NCBI GenBank assembly: GCA_013115125.1
Contig: JABANN010000011.1
Span: 1 to 64,000, forward strand
Origin: Perkinsus olseni
Lineage: Eukaryota
Length of the DNA: 64,000 nt
Direction of reading: 5' to 3'
A program made the position numbers and the translations under genes. How positions within the stretch are numbered: the first letter of the stretch is position 1; every line of letters starts with the position of its first letter. Of the stretch, positions 47,468-58,637 are shown one piece after another. The notes beneath the pieces are model-generated. The model was given only the letters and a program-made list of their open reading frames with translations, did not search any database and was not told where the DNA came from.

Positions 47468-49005
47468 CTGTAGGAGCCTCAGGTCGTCCTCTGTCAAGAC
47501 CGTTTCCAACCGAGGTCCCTCCACTCCAGGTTCGCGCATCACCATCATCTGACGATTGGTTGAAGAATGACGCAACGCTCAGATCGCCTTGGCCGAGGTA
47601 ATCATGGATTTATGCACGGAACTAGAAAGGCAGAGTCAAAGCCTACGAGTGGGCGGAACATCTCTGGTAAGCTGCTACTACGCGAAGTTCGCGTCCCATG
47701 CAGATGATCAGTGCGATGGCCACGGATAACACGCTACCGTGGCCAGGTTGCACACTACCCCATGAGGGTGCTCGGTCCAGAGGGAACACGCCTCAACCCG
47801 ATTCCGAGCCATGGGAAGACAGCGCTGATTCCAGCAGCCTCTTCTGGCCTACTTCTGACAGTTCCGTGAGAGACACGCTATTCATCCAGTCCATCAGGTC
47901 CACCTTCCCATCACCATCATCATCTAATTTAGCGAACCTATCCTGTATATCCGCTGTATTGCAACTTCCAGACACGCTGACCAATGCCTAACAAGGCAGC
48001 ATTGCTCAGGTCCACAAACTTTCATACCACACTTCTTTCAACTCCTCATACGATAGGGCGCACTCGTGTCCATCACAGAGATGGCTGTAAAACAACTGTA
48101 GCTCTCTTATACCATTAGACATCCGCTCAAGCAGCACCGGTGGACCTGATAGACCCTCTCTCTGACACACACCACCAGCTGATTGCCAACCCATGGCAGA
48201 GATCTTCGTGGCGGCGATTCCCTTCCCTTGGACGGCCCTGTCTACTGTGGAAATGGCAGCCTTCACAAGGTCCACTCGGGAATCGCACCTGAAGTGACGA
48301 CGTCAAAGTCTTTCTATACGCCGCCCTCAACGCTGGTACCTCCTCTCTCCCTCATAGTCAAATATCCTAGCCTGCATGGTGTCGGCCCTCTCCGGAGCAC
48401 TAGGGCCCATCATATCGGTGGTCGATGGCCCTGCCGGGGACACATCACCTTCATCTACGGGGTCCAATATAGCTGAGACGAGAAGACATGGCATGGAAAC
48501 CGCAATAACTCTGCAGGCACCCCACCGGTCACTCCCGCGTCGTGCAAGCGCTGCAGCTTCGGTCTGATGCCCACGTCGCTTTCCCCCGCACAGAAGTGGG
48601 CGAACAGAGTCCGCCGTATAACCCCGTGAGTGATGCCGTCACCCAGGATGCTCCGGGACCTCTGGTACCTTCCATTGCGACCGATCATGCCGCTGCGGCC
48701 TGGCCAACTGCACTACAGCTTCTCCGCATTTCTAATGACGTAATTGTAGGTGCAGAGCTTGAGGACCAGCCACCCCCTGAGCACCTCGCCCGTCGACTTC
48801 CACCGAAATGCTATCTTGGGATCGTCCAATGGCAACTGGGGAGCACAGTAACGGTGGCCACCGACCGCTCTACCCAGAGAAGTACTTCCTGCCGCTTTGT
48901 AGGGGTAGTACAGAAAGCTCTCCGGAGGGGCCGGCGCGATACTAGGCGAGCTGTGTATGGTGGGCTGAAGGCCACCATGGGACGGCGGAGATAAGCCCCT
49001 AACAT
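45511..49005 (-). CDS. PRODH: Proline dehydrogenase paralog, copy 2 (tandem duplicate)
   Basis: LFAHFCAGE; AILDPVDE; ATKISAMG; EF-hand DDDGDGKVDLMDW; ILIDAE; YQTYLKD; KVVRGAYI; IATHNAET; FAQLYGMAD; CKLVPYGP..PYLIRRAQEN; last exon GTPAVAQERALLFAEAWRRL*. Confidence 0.92.
47395..47466. repeat. (AGT)24 microsatellite in a PRODH-2 intron
   Basis: Perfect 72-nt trinucleotide run directly after the minus-strand GT donor at 47468. Confidence 0.98.
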
Positions 49006-49206
49006 GGGGACTGACACTGCAGCGAAGTCACCTAGATGAACCGGACCCTGATACGTTCAGTCTCAGCAGCGAGCAACGGCCGCACGAGAAGCTACTGAGG
49101 TAACCATATTGAAGGAGGGACTACGAGCTGCTCGGCATCTCCATGGACTAGGACTACGAGGCTGGACCCCGGCGGACAGCATTCCACCCCGATACACGAA
49201 CTGCTG

Positions 49207-50450
49207 TTAACACTTCAACTCAACAGAAAAGAAGCAACGGCCAGAAGGGCTCATGCATGGGCGACAAGAACACCGCTGAGGCGATTCTTCCCGAGGGAGA
49301 GCTCCCACCCGGTGAGAGCCCAGGCGAGCTCGGCCATGGGGACCAACCCGTGCAATCCAAGGGTCAGTTGAGTTCCTAATAACCGCGTCATCCCCTCTCT
49401 CCTGCAGATAAGCCGCCGGAATATGTCGCGTAGAGAGAGCTGCGACCATAGGCAGGATGAGCCAGTAGGTCCAGTCTAGTTCGAGGGGGCAATGCCGGTC
49501 GAGGAGGGCACTGTGGAGCGGCTGAGGCAAGTCGCGGTCGGTTGGGAAGGGAGTGCCTGAACAGGCCTCTGCGATGATGGAGGAAGTGAGAGCTCAAGAG
49601 TCGTAATACCCGAATGGAACCTTCATGGATCCAGTCGAACCGTGGTCGTCATCATCATCATGGCCAGTGAGATCCGCTCCAAGTGGGGATATTTGCAGAT
49701 TCTCATGCTGCGCCACCTCATCATCAAAGGCACCCTCTTGCGATGTGCCCCCATCGTCGCCACTCGTACCGGAGCTGATGTCACTGCAAACACTCGATAG
49801 AGGGGTCCCCAACGACGAGCAGCTGCTGCTGGTAAGGGCGGCCACTGCGGCTCGGCAAGGGGTGCCCTCTTCCGAGACGCTGAAGTACTACAACTCCCGC
49901 CGAGACAAAGACCGGAGGCAGATCACACCTGTCTCTCTCCTGAAGAGCAGGGCCGCTCTGAATAGTTGCCTGGTACCTCTCCAACACTTCATCGAGGGCC
50001 TCGAGCCAAACCTCGAGGGCTTCCCTTTCGGAGCGCTCCCTCTCTTCATGCGCATCAACGACCGGTTCCTTCAACACGTTCTCCGCTGAGATCACAGAGG
50101 GTCGCCGTTCCCGACGGCATGGATACCGCACGTATCACGCAAGGATCGAAATTAACGAAGCCCCTAGTCTAGACAACTGATGGGCCGAAGCCTTCCAACG
50201 ATACCCCTAAAAGCCGCACTCACAATCCTGATTGAGTCCAGGCGCTGCAATCGGCGCAGTAGTGCTCTCTAAGTCTGAACTCGGAGCCGTAGCCACAGAC
50301 TGTTCTCCAGCGAGCACAACCGCTGCGCCGCATTCCCCTTCATCTAGCAAACCTAAGAAAGGTCGAGAAATCCTTCCGTCCGTCATCATCAAAGGCCCAC
50401 CTGCTTCTTCCACCTCGCTTTCGTCCGGGGTACCCTCCAGCGACTGAGCC
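49207..50450 (-). CDS. Hypothetical protein (separate gene or 3' part of the SH3/IQ gene)
   Basis: Coding-like exons, e.g. EERERSEREALEVWLEALDEVLERYQ and LLDRHCPLELDWTYWLILP. No family recognised. Confidence 0.3.
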
Positions 50451-50559
50451 TCCTGATAGACGGGGCTCACCGGAGACAGACGTATATGGCTGTCGGTGGC
50501 GGAACGCTGGACTGCTCTTCGGTTCGGCGAGGCTTCTCCAAGCCTGCGCGTAGCAGCGG

Positions 50560-53474
50560 TTAAATAACAAGCCCGCCCCATCGCGACTGTCCCGTCCCAG
50601 AACACTCTAACGGTGTTGAACCAACTTCATCGAGTGATGACAATATCTCAGCCATGAGCTCGCTCAACCGCCTTTGACCGTGCAGTCGTGGCGAAGGGTG
50701 CAAAACTCAAGAATGGCTCCGGACGCCCCAACTCGGACCCCTACTCCCCCACCTCTCGTCGTCAAATCCATCATAGACTGTACTGTGTGAGTCGACAGCG
50801 GATGCATCCTGCTAAAAATCATATTCTCGCCACCAGGATCATACCTCACCTCCTCGGACTCGACAGAAAGGTAGGCGGGCATGGACACGAACAATGTTGG
50901 GTCCTAAAGGCGTACCATAGACTCACAGCCGCTCCCGAGGGATCTCCCTGCCTACCTTCTCGGGATCCATACCAGCATCCGCTAGAGGGAATCTGAGAAA
51001 CCCCCGGATGACCTCCACCAAGCATTCCCTCATCACCTTTCGCCCTCCTCCCTTGCAGGCCCACTTCGCCGGTGACACACACTGAGCACACGAACGACTC
51101 AGCCACCGGGCCGTGGCTCTAGCCCTACAAGACAGCTCTCATGTGGTCTCGCCGGACGGTACGCAGTGTGGCGAGGTCCCAAGGCAGCACGGCTGCACTG
51201 CGGCTGTCTGACTCAATGCCACTTGCGGGCAATACCGCCTCCTGCCGCTTCTTCCAGCAGCGTCTCAACCACCGCTGCAGTCTGATACACGACCGAATCC
51301 TGAATAAGAGGAGAGTTGAGGTGACTCCTGCGAGTCGGACGACAAATCACATAGATTGTTTCCGCTGCTCGAAGTTGGCTGGACTTCTCTGACCTTCATA
51401 GGGCATTACTCTACCAAATTTCTCGTAGTACCTTCGAGAGATGGCTTAAGACCATCCTCGCCGAGCCCTCACCTCAGATACCGCATCCGACGCCTGGTCG
51501 CCACCCTGTCAAGATACTGTCGGAACCTGTCGACGAGAGGCCCCATAGGACCGCCCAAGGAAGGGCCGTCTCCTCACCTCCTCTGTATAACAACTGCTGC
51601 CTCAACTCGCCTAGCCAACGGTATCGACTCCAGACAGTTGACGCCATACCGCTGCCACCACGGCAGACGGGCTGAGCAGCGGCCTCCATGCCCCTCATCG
51701 AGAGACAGCATAGCCCCACCGCTACTACCAGGCCTCATCCGCCATCGATCCCTCACGAACCGCTGGATCGCCATCGCTGCTACATGCTTGTATGGCAGAT
51801 GGACCTCCGCTACAGAACTACAGGGGGATGAGCCTTCATAGTCCCTCACAAACATCAACAACACAGAAACTAAAAAGCCGCTTCGCTCCGCCCCCATTCA
51901 CATTAACCCGTACACACTGGTAGGACTTGAGAAACGGTTAAGAAGCTGCTGCCTGGGCTGTCAGTCGAGTACTCGTCGTCCGACTGCGGTGATGCCGTCC
52001 GCGGCGATGCAGCATTATATCCTCACCCTTCTCGTTGACTGTTATGGACTCCGGCGCCCCGATGGTACCTTGCTGGCTTATACGACTCATCCTGAGTGAC
52101 ATCGCACTTCTCAGTGGCCGTAGCGTGAGATCTATTACATCTTCCTCGTCTTGTTGTCCGACTGGCGATCCTCCTCGTACGTAATACCGCATTCCCATAC
52201 CTTGCTGCCGCCACTAGCTACCCGAACCTGCGGAAAAGGACTACGAGTGAGGCTAGTGTGAGGGGGCTACTAACCATGTCCACGTCAACCAGGCACCTAG
52301 TAGGAACCCATCCCTCTTCCAGACAATCTTTCTTATGACCGTAGGCAAAACCGCACCCTACAATCATGCGATTCTTCGCTGTGCGCAAGGAGCCAGTCCC
52401 CACCTGCAATGTCCCAAAGGCAATCCTTAACATAAACGTAATCGTGCTCGGCGATCTAGCGGACGTGACGATATGAGGCGGCACGTAGGTCGCAGAGGCC
52501 CTCACCTTCAACCCAGTGGGCTCTCGTTCTGTCGGGGAGTAGGCGGCCACGGCAATGCACAGCCTGTCGAAAGCAAGCTCACGGAACTTCCCTACGGCCT
52601 CGGAAGAACTCGCCATCGACGCTGCTGAATTCTGCAACTTCGCTAGATCTGAAATCTTCCCGCTGCGTACGACCAATCTTACGAAGATGCCCTACACTGT
52701 CGTGCAACCGCGGGGTAGTTGACCTCGGTGGCTGGCTTGTGAGCAGCTACAAGGACATTATCTAACGATGGAGGTGATACCAGCAGGACAGCCCTCAGCC
52801 AAGCAGACCTTATTACCGATATTTGTCCATCCCCATACCCTCTTCGCCGAGCTCGTCGATTCCGCAACATCCTCCATGAACCACATGTTGGGCTTGCCCG
52901 ACTCGCTGTAGTGGTAGCGGTGCACTCTCCCTGTGTGGCTGACAGAAACAATGACCCTCGCCTGTCAGCGCTGAGCTGCACTACATGTCCAGGTGATTAT
53001 ACTGAGCGGCCTTGGCGTTATTGAGGGCTACGAACTGCTGCTTAGGCTTCACCCATTCACTCGAGGTGTCGTCTATCTCCACTAGGTAGTGGTCTGGTAC
53101 GATGATACCTGAAGGGCACGATCAGCCCTAGGGCAGCTGAGACGCTGCCATTTACACGTCCCGTCGTCCTTTTCTACTAGGCAGCTCCAGACCCGATCTG
53201 TGGGGTTGGGCGACACCGTGGAGACCTGTGTGAGGCAGGTGGCAATAACGAGGAGTGGCAAGAGGCGTACCAAGGCAGTCTCGCCGAAGTGCAGCCCTAC
53301 ATCGCCATCACCACCGGTACTGAACTCCCGTATGCCTGAAGGGTGACCATGGTATGCAGTACGGGTAAGGCAGGGAAGCCGGACATGCTATCTTGGAGTT
53401 CTCCGAGACTAGACAGCTCCGGTGCGTGAGGTCAACTTTAGGAGGCAGCTTGGAGGGGGGAAGTCGAGCCGTCA
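50560..53474 (-). CDS. SH3 + IQ-motif protein, multi-exon
   Basis: SH3-like CIAVAAYSPTERE..EEGWVPTRCL; IQ motifs AAMAIQRFVR, AAVVIQRR, SCIRLQRWLR. Boundaries approximate. Confidence 0.6.
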
Positions 53475-53760
53475 TAATAATAAAGGGACTACCTCTAGCG
53501 AACGGCCTCAACCCTCATTTCCAGGCTTGACGGATAGGAGAAGCTCTTAATCCGCACGGAGTTCAACTCAACTTTGTTCGAAGAGATTCTGCGCACTTGA
53601 AAATTCCCTTTCGCGCATCGCTTCGCCGCAGGCTTGCGCACGCGTGCAAGGGCAGCCAACTCCGAAGCCATAATTGATCCCTGTTCGACTCCCAGCCGTC
53701 CGCTCGGGCTCTTCTAGCGTTACCAACACTTTCCCGGCCAGTCGAGATAACATTTTTGTC

Positions 53761-55075
53761 ATGAGTAACGACGCGCGCCAGGACACAGAGGATTCCCTTG
53801 GTAGCGCTTAGCGGTCCCTTTGAGGTACGGACCCGGTCCTTTGCCAGACCTTCGGAAACGCACGCACGACAACGCGGACCGACTGAAGCAATATCGGGGT
53901 CTCTATGGTGACCTCGACCCTGACCAGTCGCCGTCGAAGTAGGCTCCGCCCCCCTGAGTCGCGTGGCGGAGGTTGGTCCCAGGAGGAGAAGTTCTCGCGA
54001 TGCTGGTAGCAAGTCCCCAGCCCGAAGGAGGGGTCGGTCGAGGGTTGACAGCGGGGCGGACATCGATCGTTTTGACGCGGACAGAGCACTACTGGTCTTC
54101 AACGCCCCTAGCTCCTACAAGGTAGCTTCCGCGTAGACGGCCATCATCGCCCCAGCCTTGCCTTGCTGACTACCCGACACCCCTCAGGACCATATGAAGT
54201 TTCTCACTGAGCACATGGAGAACTTTGAGACGGGCACAGCGGGGCCGACTAACGTGAAGCTAGCAGCGTTACTGGGCCAGTCGATGGCCTTCATGAACGC
54301 AGCCTTGGATGCTCAGTCCACGGTATGGGTGGGGCTTCGTGGGAGCCGCCTCCTAGGGTCCCTTTCAGCCCACCTTGCTTGGGGACGAGACCTTATCAAG
54401 TGCTCGGGCTGCGGTTAAGAACGGACTACCAAGGTAGGCCGCCTAGGAAAGTCCCTGGTTAACCCGCCGCCCCCGGTAGGTTCAAGGCCGCCATGGACCA
54501 TATTGGGCGGCAGAGGGGTGAGTGGGCCCAGCAAGGGCACCGAGGATTTCGAGTACCTCAGGGACGGTTCGGAAGCGGAAGGCCTACACCTGTCTGCGCC
54601 TCCTCTACGATAAGCTCACCCGGTTTGCAGCAGCACAACCGTACAGCGGCATCAATCGCGTTAGAGGGCGGAAGTCGGTGAAATACCAGACTGACCAGCA
54701 CGCGATCAAGGTACCTGGAGGGGCCGTGGGTGGATCTAGGCCGCCTCCTTCCCAGTCCCTGCTGAGCGACCCTATTAAGCCCGTGACGAGCAAGGTCACG
54801 GACGAGATGGCCGAAGCAATCGTGAGCCACTTTGTAGAGGCGTTTGGGCTGCCTTACAACCTTATGTGCGACGCCGAGGAGACTGTTAGACGAGCGTGAG
54901 CCTAGGAATATGGAAAGGTGTGGTATGAAGGCCAAGTCCACAGGTATGGTTATCGATCCGAGGAGAACTACACAGCGGCTGTCGAGCGGATCCTTGCCAA
55001 ATGGGCGGGTATGGACCAGAGGGAACGGGTAAGTTGGTAAGGCCAATTCAGGCCTGGTGACCATGAGAGTACGTC
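53761..55075 (+). pseudogene. Spliced but stop-interrupted gene remnant
   Basis: Coding-like exons with GT/AG junctions (..NAPSSYK|DHMKFLTEHMEN..; AYTCLRLLYDKL..), but in-frame stops such as ETVRRA*A*EYGKVWYEG..AKWAGMDQRERVSW*. Confidence 0.45.
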
Positions 55076-55274
55076 ACAGTGAGTCCCTTGTTAGACTCGC
55101 TTCAGTGCCAGTCTGATAGACGCTCCTCAACGTATCCTGAGGCTGGCTATGCGCTACTAGTCTCCTTGTACGATGTTATTCTTCTCCTTAAGTTGAAGCT
55201 TCGGTGTGGCGTCGAGGGGGGGGGGGACGGTATGGTTATGCTGGTGATCAGTGCCGCAGTCAGGCTTTGGGTTA

Positions 55275-56189
55275 ATGGCGGCTCTTCAAGGTTCCTCACC
55301 TCCGGAGGCCCCGCTGCCCCCACCTGGCGAGTTGCTGCTCATGATCGACGATCTGGCGGAACGCTTTGACCTGGACAGGAGCTGCGATAGCGCCCTCCGT
55401 TGCAGTGCCAGCGCGCAAGGCTGCTACGAGATCCTCATCAACGTCCTCAGTTTACAGCTGGATCGAGCAGCTAACCCTCCCGCTCGGGTGATCAGAGAGC
55501 TCAGTAAGGCCGGAGCCCTCATCCACGGTCCCGAAGGCACAAAGTCCCCGAAGAGCGGCATCGTGGCTTGGCTCGATCGTATCACAGACCGAGATAGACC
55601 CCGCGCTATATCGGAGCTGAGTGTTGCAATGATTATGGTGATGATAGATGAGTTCTGTGAGGAGTACAGGTTGGACTATGCCTGCCAGAAGACCCTCAAG
55701 TTCGCCGTCCCGTGTACGGAGGTAGCCACCATCGTCTATAATATATCAGCCAGGGACCATGCTCTCTTGAAGTCGAGCCACAACCCTAGCGCTTATGTTA
55801 TGAAGGAGCTCAGAGGGAAGACAGTTACGCACGGAAGGCCCTCCATGCAGGAGTCGCCTCAGCCTGGGAGGCCACTGCCTCGCCCCTTGCCTACGCGTGA
55901 GAGGTCACGAACACCTCCGAGACGGGGGCCACCTCAAGGATTCGATGCTGGCCCGATAGGTGGCCGCTTCGCTCCGCCCGAGAGTAATGACAGATTTGCG
56001 AACAGGGGTGCCCCGCCGCCTGCTTACCACACAAGTCCTTATCCTGGGAAGGGCAGCGGCAAAGGGAGTGGCAAGGGCAGTAGCAAAGGGGGAGGTAAGG
56101 GCTTCCCGTCCATGCCGGTCCAGTCGACCCCGTACGGGAACCGTGGTGCCCCGCCTGCTCGTCGGTCTGGTGGCGGACGTTGGGATTGA
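55275..56189 (+). CDS. hnRNP-Q acidic-domain-like repeat protein with GKG-rich tail, intronless paralog A
   Basis: Two repeats of IDE/DF...(F/Y).LD..C...L....N(P)..A.V..EL, followed by an RS/Pro region and GKGSGKGSGKGSSKGGGKG. Confidence 0.6.
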   Translation: MAALQGSSPPEAPLPPPGELLLMIDDLAERFDLDRSCDSALRCSASAQGCYEILINVLSLQLDRAANPPARVIRELSKAGALIHGPEGTKSPKSGIVAWLDRITDRDRPRAISELSVAMIMVMIDEFCEEYRLDYACQKTLKFAVPCTEVATIVYNISARDHALLKSSHNPSAYVMKELRGKTVTHGRPSMQESPQPGRPLPRPLPTRERSRTPPRRGPPQGFDAGPIGGRFAPPESNDRFANRGAPPPAYHTSPYPGKGSGKGSGKGSSKGGGKGFPSMPVQSTPYGNRGAPPARRSGGGRWD

Positions 56190-56353
56190 GGGACATCGAA
56201 TTTGGGAATATATGGTATCAGTTTTCCGGTCATATTTACCTTGGTGGTTGTCGTGTTGCAAAGGTTCTAGGAAGGCACTTGTCATTTTTTCAGCGGCTGC
56301 CCCGTTGTTTTCGACACTTACTTTCCCTTTCTCTTCCCCCTTCCCCCTTCGCC

Positions 56354-57976
56354 ATGGTGGTCGAGTTTACGACGGAGCCGCCGACAAACTACTACCAATA
56401 CGCGAACGAGACGCCGCCCGCTGGTTCCCTCCTAGTCGCTATAGATGAGTTCGTAGACAAATACCAGATAGGCCAAACTGGCGACGATATGCTGAGGTAA
56501 CGCCACCCCTTCCGACCGCCACCGCCGCCGCCGCTACTCCCCGCGACGTCATCTCGGCTAGCCGCGATGCCTCTATTACGCGTACTCCCGCTACTACTAG
56601 GTGCTCCATCCCGGCTCATTCGTGCTGGGAACTCGTCCTGTCCGATCATTCGCCCCTCACCGACCTCGACGCGGCTCATAACGCCACTGGCCGCCTTGTT
56701 TCGGAACTATCCGCCAGCAAGTACTAGGAATCTTGGGAGGAATCCTTCGCCGCGCGACTTTGCACGTTTTCGCGACTTTTTCAGAGTCCTCATGCACGGT
56801 ACTGGTGGAAACAAATCGCCCAAGCAAGGCTTCGTCGCTTGGCTGAAAGAGATCTCCGATGTACGCACGTCACCACCGCTCACCATACGCAAACGCCCAC
56901 GCTACATTTTCTGATTTTTCCCCTTTTGTCAGCGAGACCGCGGCCGCGCCATGGCCGACATGAGTGTTGTGATGATAATGGTTATGATCGACGAGTTCTG
57001 TCAAGAGTACGGACTTGACGAGGCCTGCGAGAAGTTCCTCAAGTTCGAAGTCCCCATTGCCCTATCTGTGCCCTTCATCTTCCATCATACCGCTGTCGAT
57101 AGATCGCGTATTGAGTCGGCCCGTAACGCTAGCAGTGTCGTCACTGCTGCTGTTAAGGAGCTACTCATCCCTCACAGAGGGCCTTTGGGTAAAGGTGGCA
57201 AGGGAAGCGGAAAAGGGAAGGGCAAGGGCAAAGGGAAGGGCTTCCACGAGTCGCCTAGGCCCGGACGCTTCAGATCGGTCAACAAAGGTCCGGGCTGTGA
57301 CAGTTCGTTAGAGAGGGCCTCTAGTCGTATCTGGTCCTTCCTTGAGGAGCAGGGTGCCCCCGACAAGGCCCGAGGGATCCTCCTTTCTGGCTGTTCCGCT
57401 GCCTCGGCTATCGAGGCTGTCCGTAACGCTAGCAACTGGGAAGAGGCCCGTAACATCGCTCTGGGCAAAGATCAGGAGTTCACGTCACTGCCATCAATAA
57501 CGGTACTCGAGAACGGTGTAACGTCCTGGGTACAGCGCGCCACTGTCGACGAGAGGGTCGGAGATCTGCTGCGGAGACTGCTCTCTATCGCGGACCTTGA
57601 CGACGTATTGGCAGGTCGGGTCCCCTCACTGGAGGCTGACAGTCTTGCTGCCGGCGCTAGGGAGGGAACCTACCGCAACGTATCGGCATTCGCTAACGCC
57701 CAGATTCGGAGGATCGTAGAGAGCGCGACTGACGCTTATGGAGTACCAGCGCCGAGGAGACGAAGCCGATCTCGCAGTCCTCGCCGGAACGAGTGGGGTG
57801 GGGACCAGAGCTGGGGAAGCAGCCCAGAGCAGTACAATAACTGGCAGAATGGCTGGCAGCAGCAACAGCAGCAGCAGCCGCAGCAAGCTTTCCAGGGCGG
57901 ATGGTCCCAGGCTGGCCCTCAGGGGTATCAGCAGAACCAAGGATACGGAGGAGGCTGGGGTGGTGACCGGTGGTGA
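56354..57976 (+). CDS. hnRNP-Q acidic-domain-like repeat protein with GKG, RS and Q/G/W-rich tail, paralog B (3 introns)
   Basis: Introns 56497-56600, 56721-56784 and 56861-56932 restore a frame collinear with paralog A. Extra repeat VDERVGDLLRRL..YRNVSAFANAQIRR. Confidence 0.7.
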
Positions 57977-58134
57977 AGTGCACGACCAGGTGGTAGTGGA
58001 CTAGGGTCCATTGAAGTACAGCGGATACTGAATGCTGATCACATTTTCATAGTGCATCTTGGGCGTTGAGTAATAGTGGTGAATTGGCAGAGGGAGCATT
58101 GCACGGGTACAGCAGTTCTGTCCAGTTTTGTATC

Positions 58135-58552
58135 ATGAGTATGGCTTCCTACAGTGAGAGGATCCGGGACAGTACCAAGGCCTTCGTGAAGTACCATTAT
58201 GGCCATCTCCGCTATAAGTTGAATCAGTTGACGAGAACCCTCGAGGAGCTAAGAGAGGACAGCCCGTGGATGTTGGCGGTCATACTGGCCGTTCTAGCGG
58301 TAGTATCTCACTGGGCCCTTCGCCTTGCCATACCGCCCCATACGGGATCTCATCTTCGCTAACAGCGCGGCTCATCTCCGGAGGACTTCGTGAAATCACC
58401 CTTCGTCTCGGGAGTTTCTGATGCCTTTGTAATCCTCAGGTAGTGAGTATCAACTTCATATTTGTTACCTGGATTACCTGCAAGTTCATCCCTCTTTGGC
58501 TCACCTTCTTGCTACAGTTGATCGTCTTCTGGATCATTGTCAAGTACCACTA
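58135..58552 (+). CDS. Small membrane protein
   Basis: MSMASYSERIR..WMLAVILAVLAVVSHWAL.. and last exon FIPLFGLTFLLQLIVFWIIVKYH*. Confidence 0.45.
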
Positions 58553-58637
58553 GCACCACCCTCGTGGATGCCGCTCAGACTGCGCGTTGGTTGCTGCCAG
58601 GTTTGTAGCATTGACAGCGGTCTTCCCAGGTGGTAAC

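Noticed and set aside
47390..47575. Poly-tyrosine ORF
   Set aside because: It is the translation of an intronic (AGT)n microsatellite.
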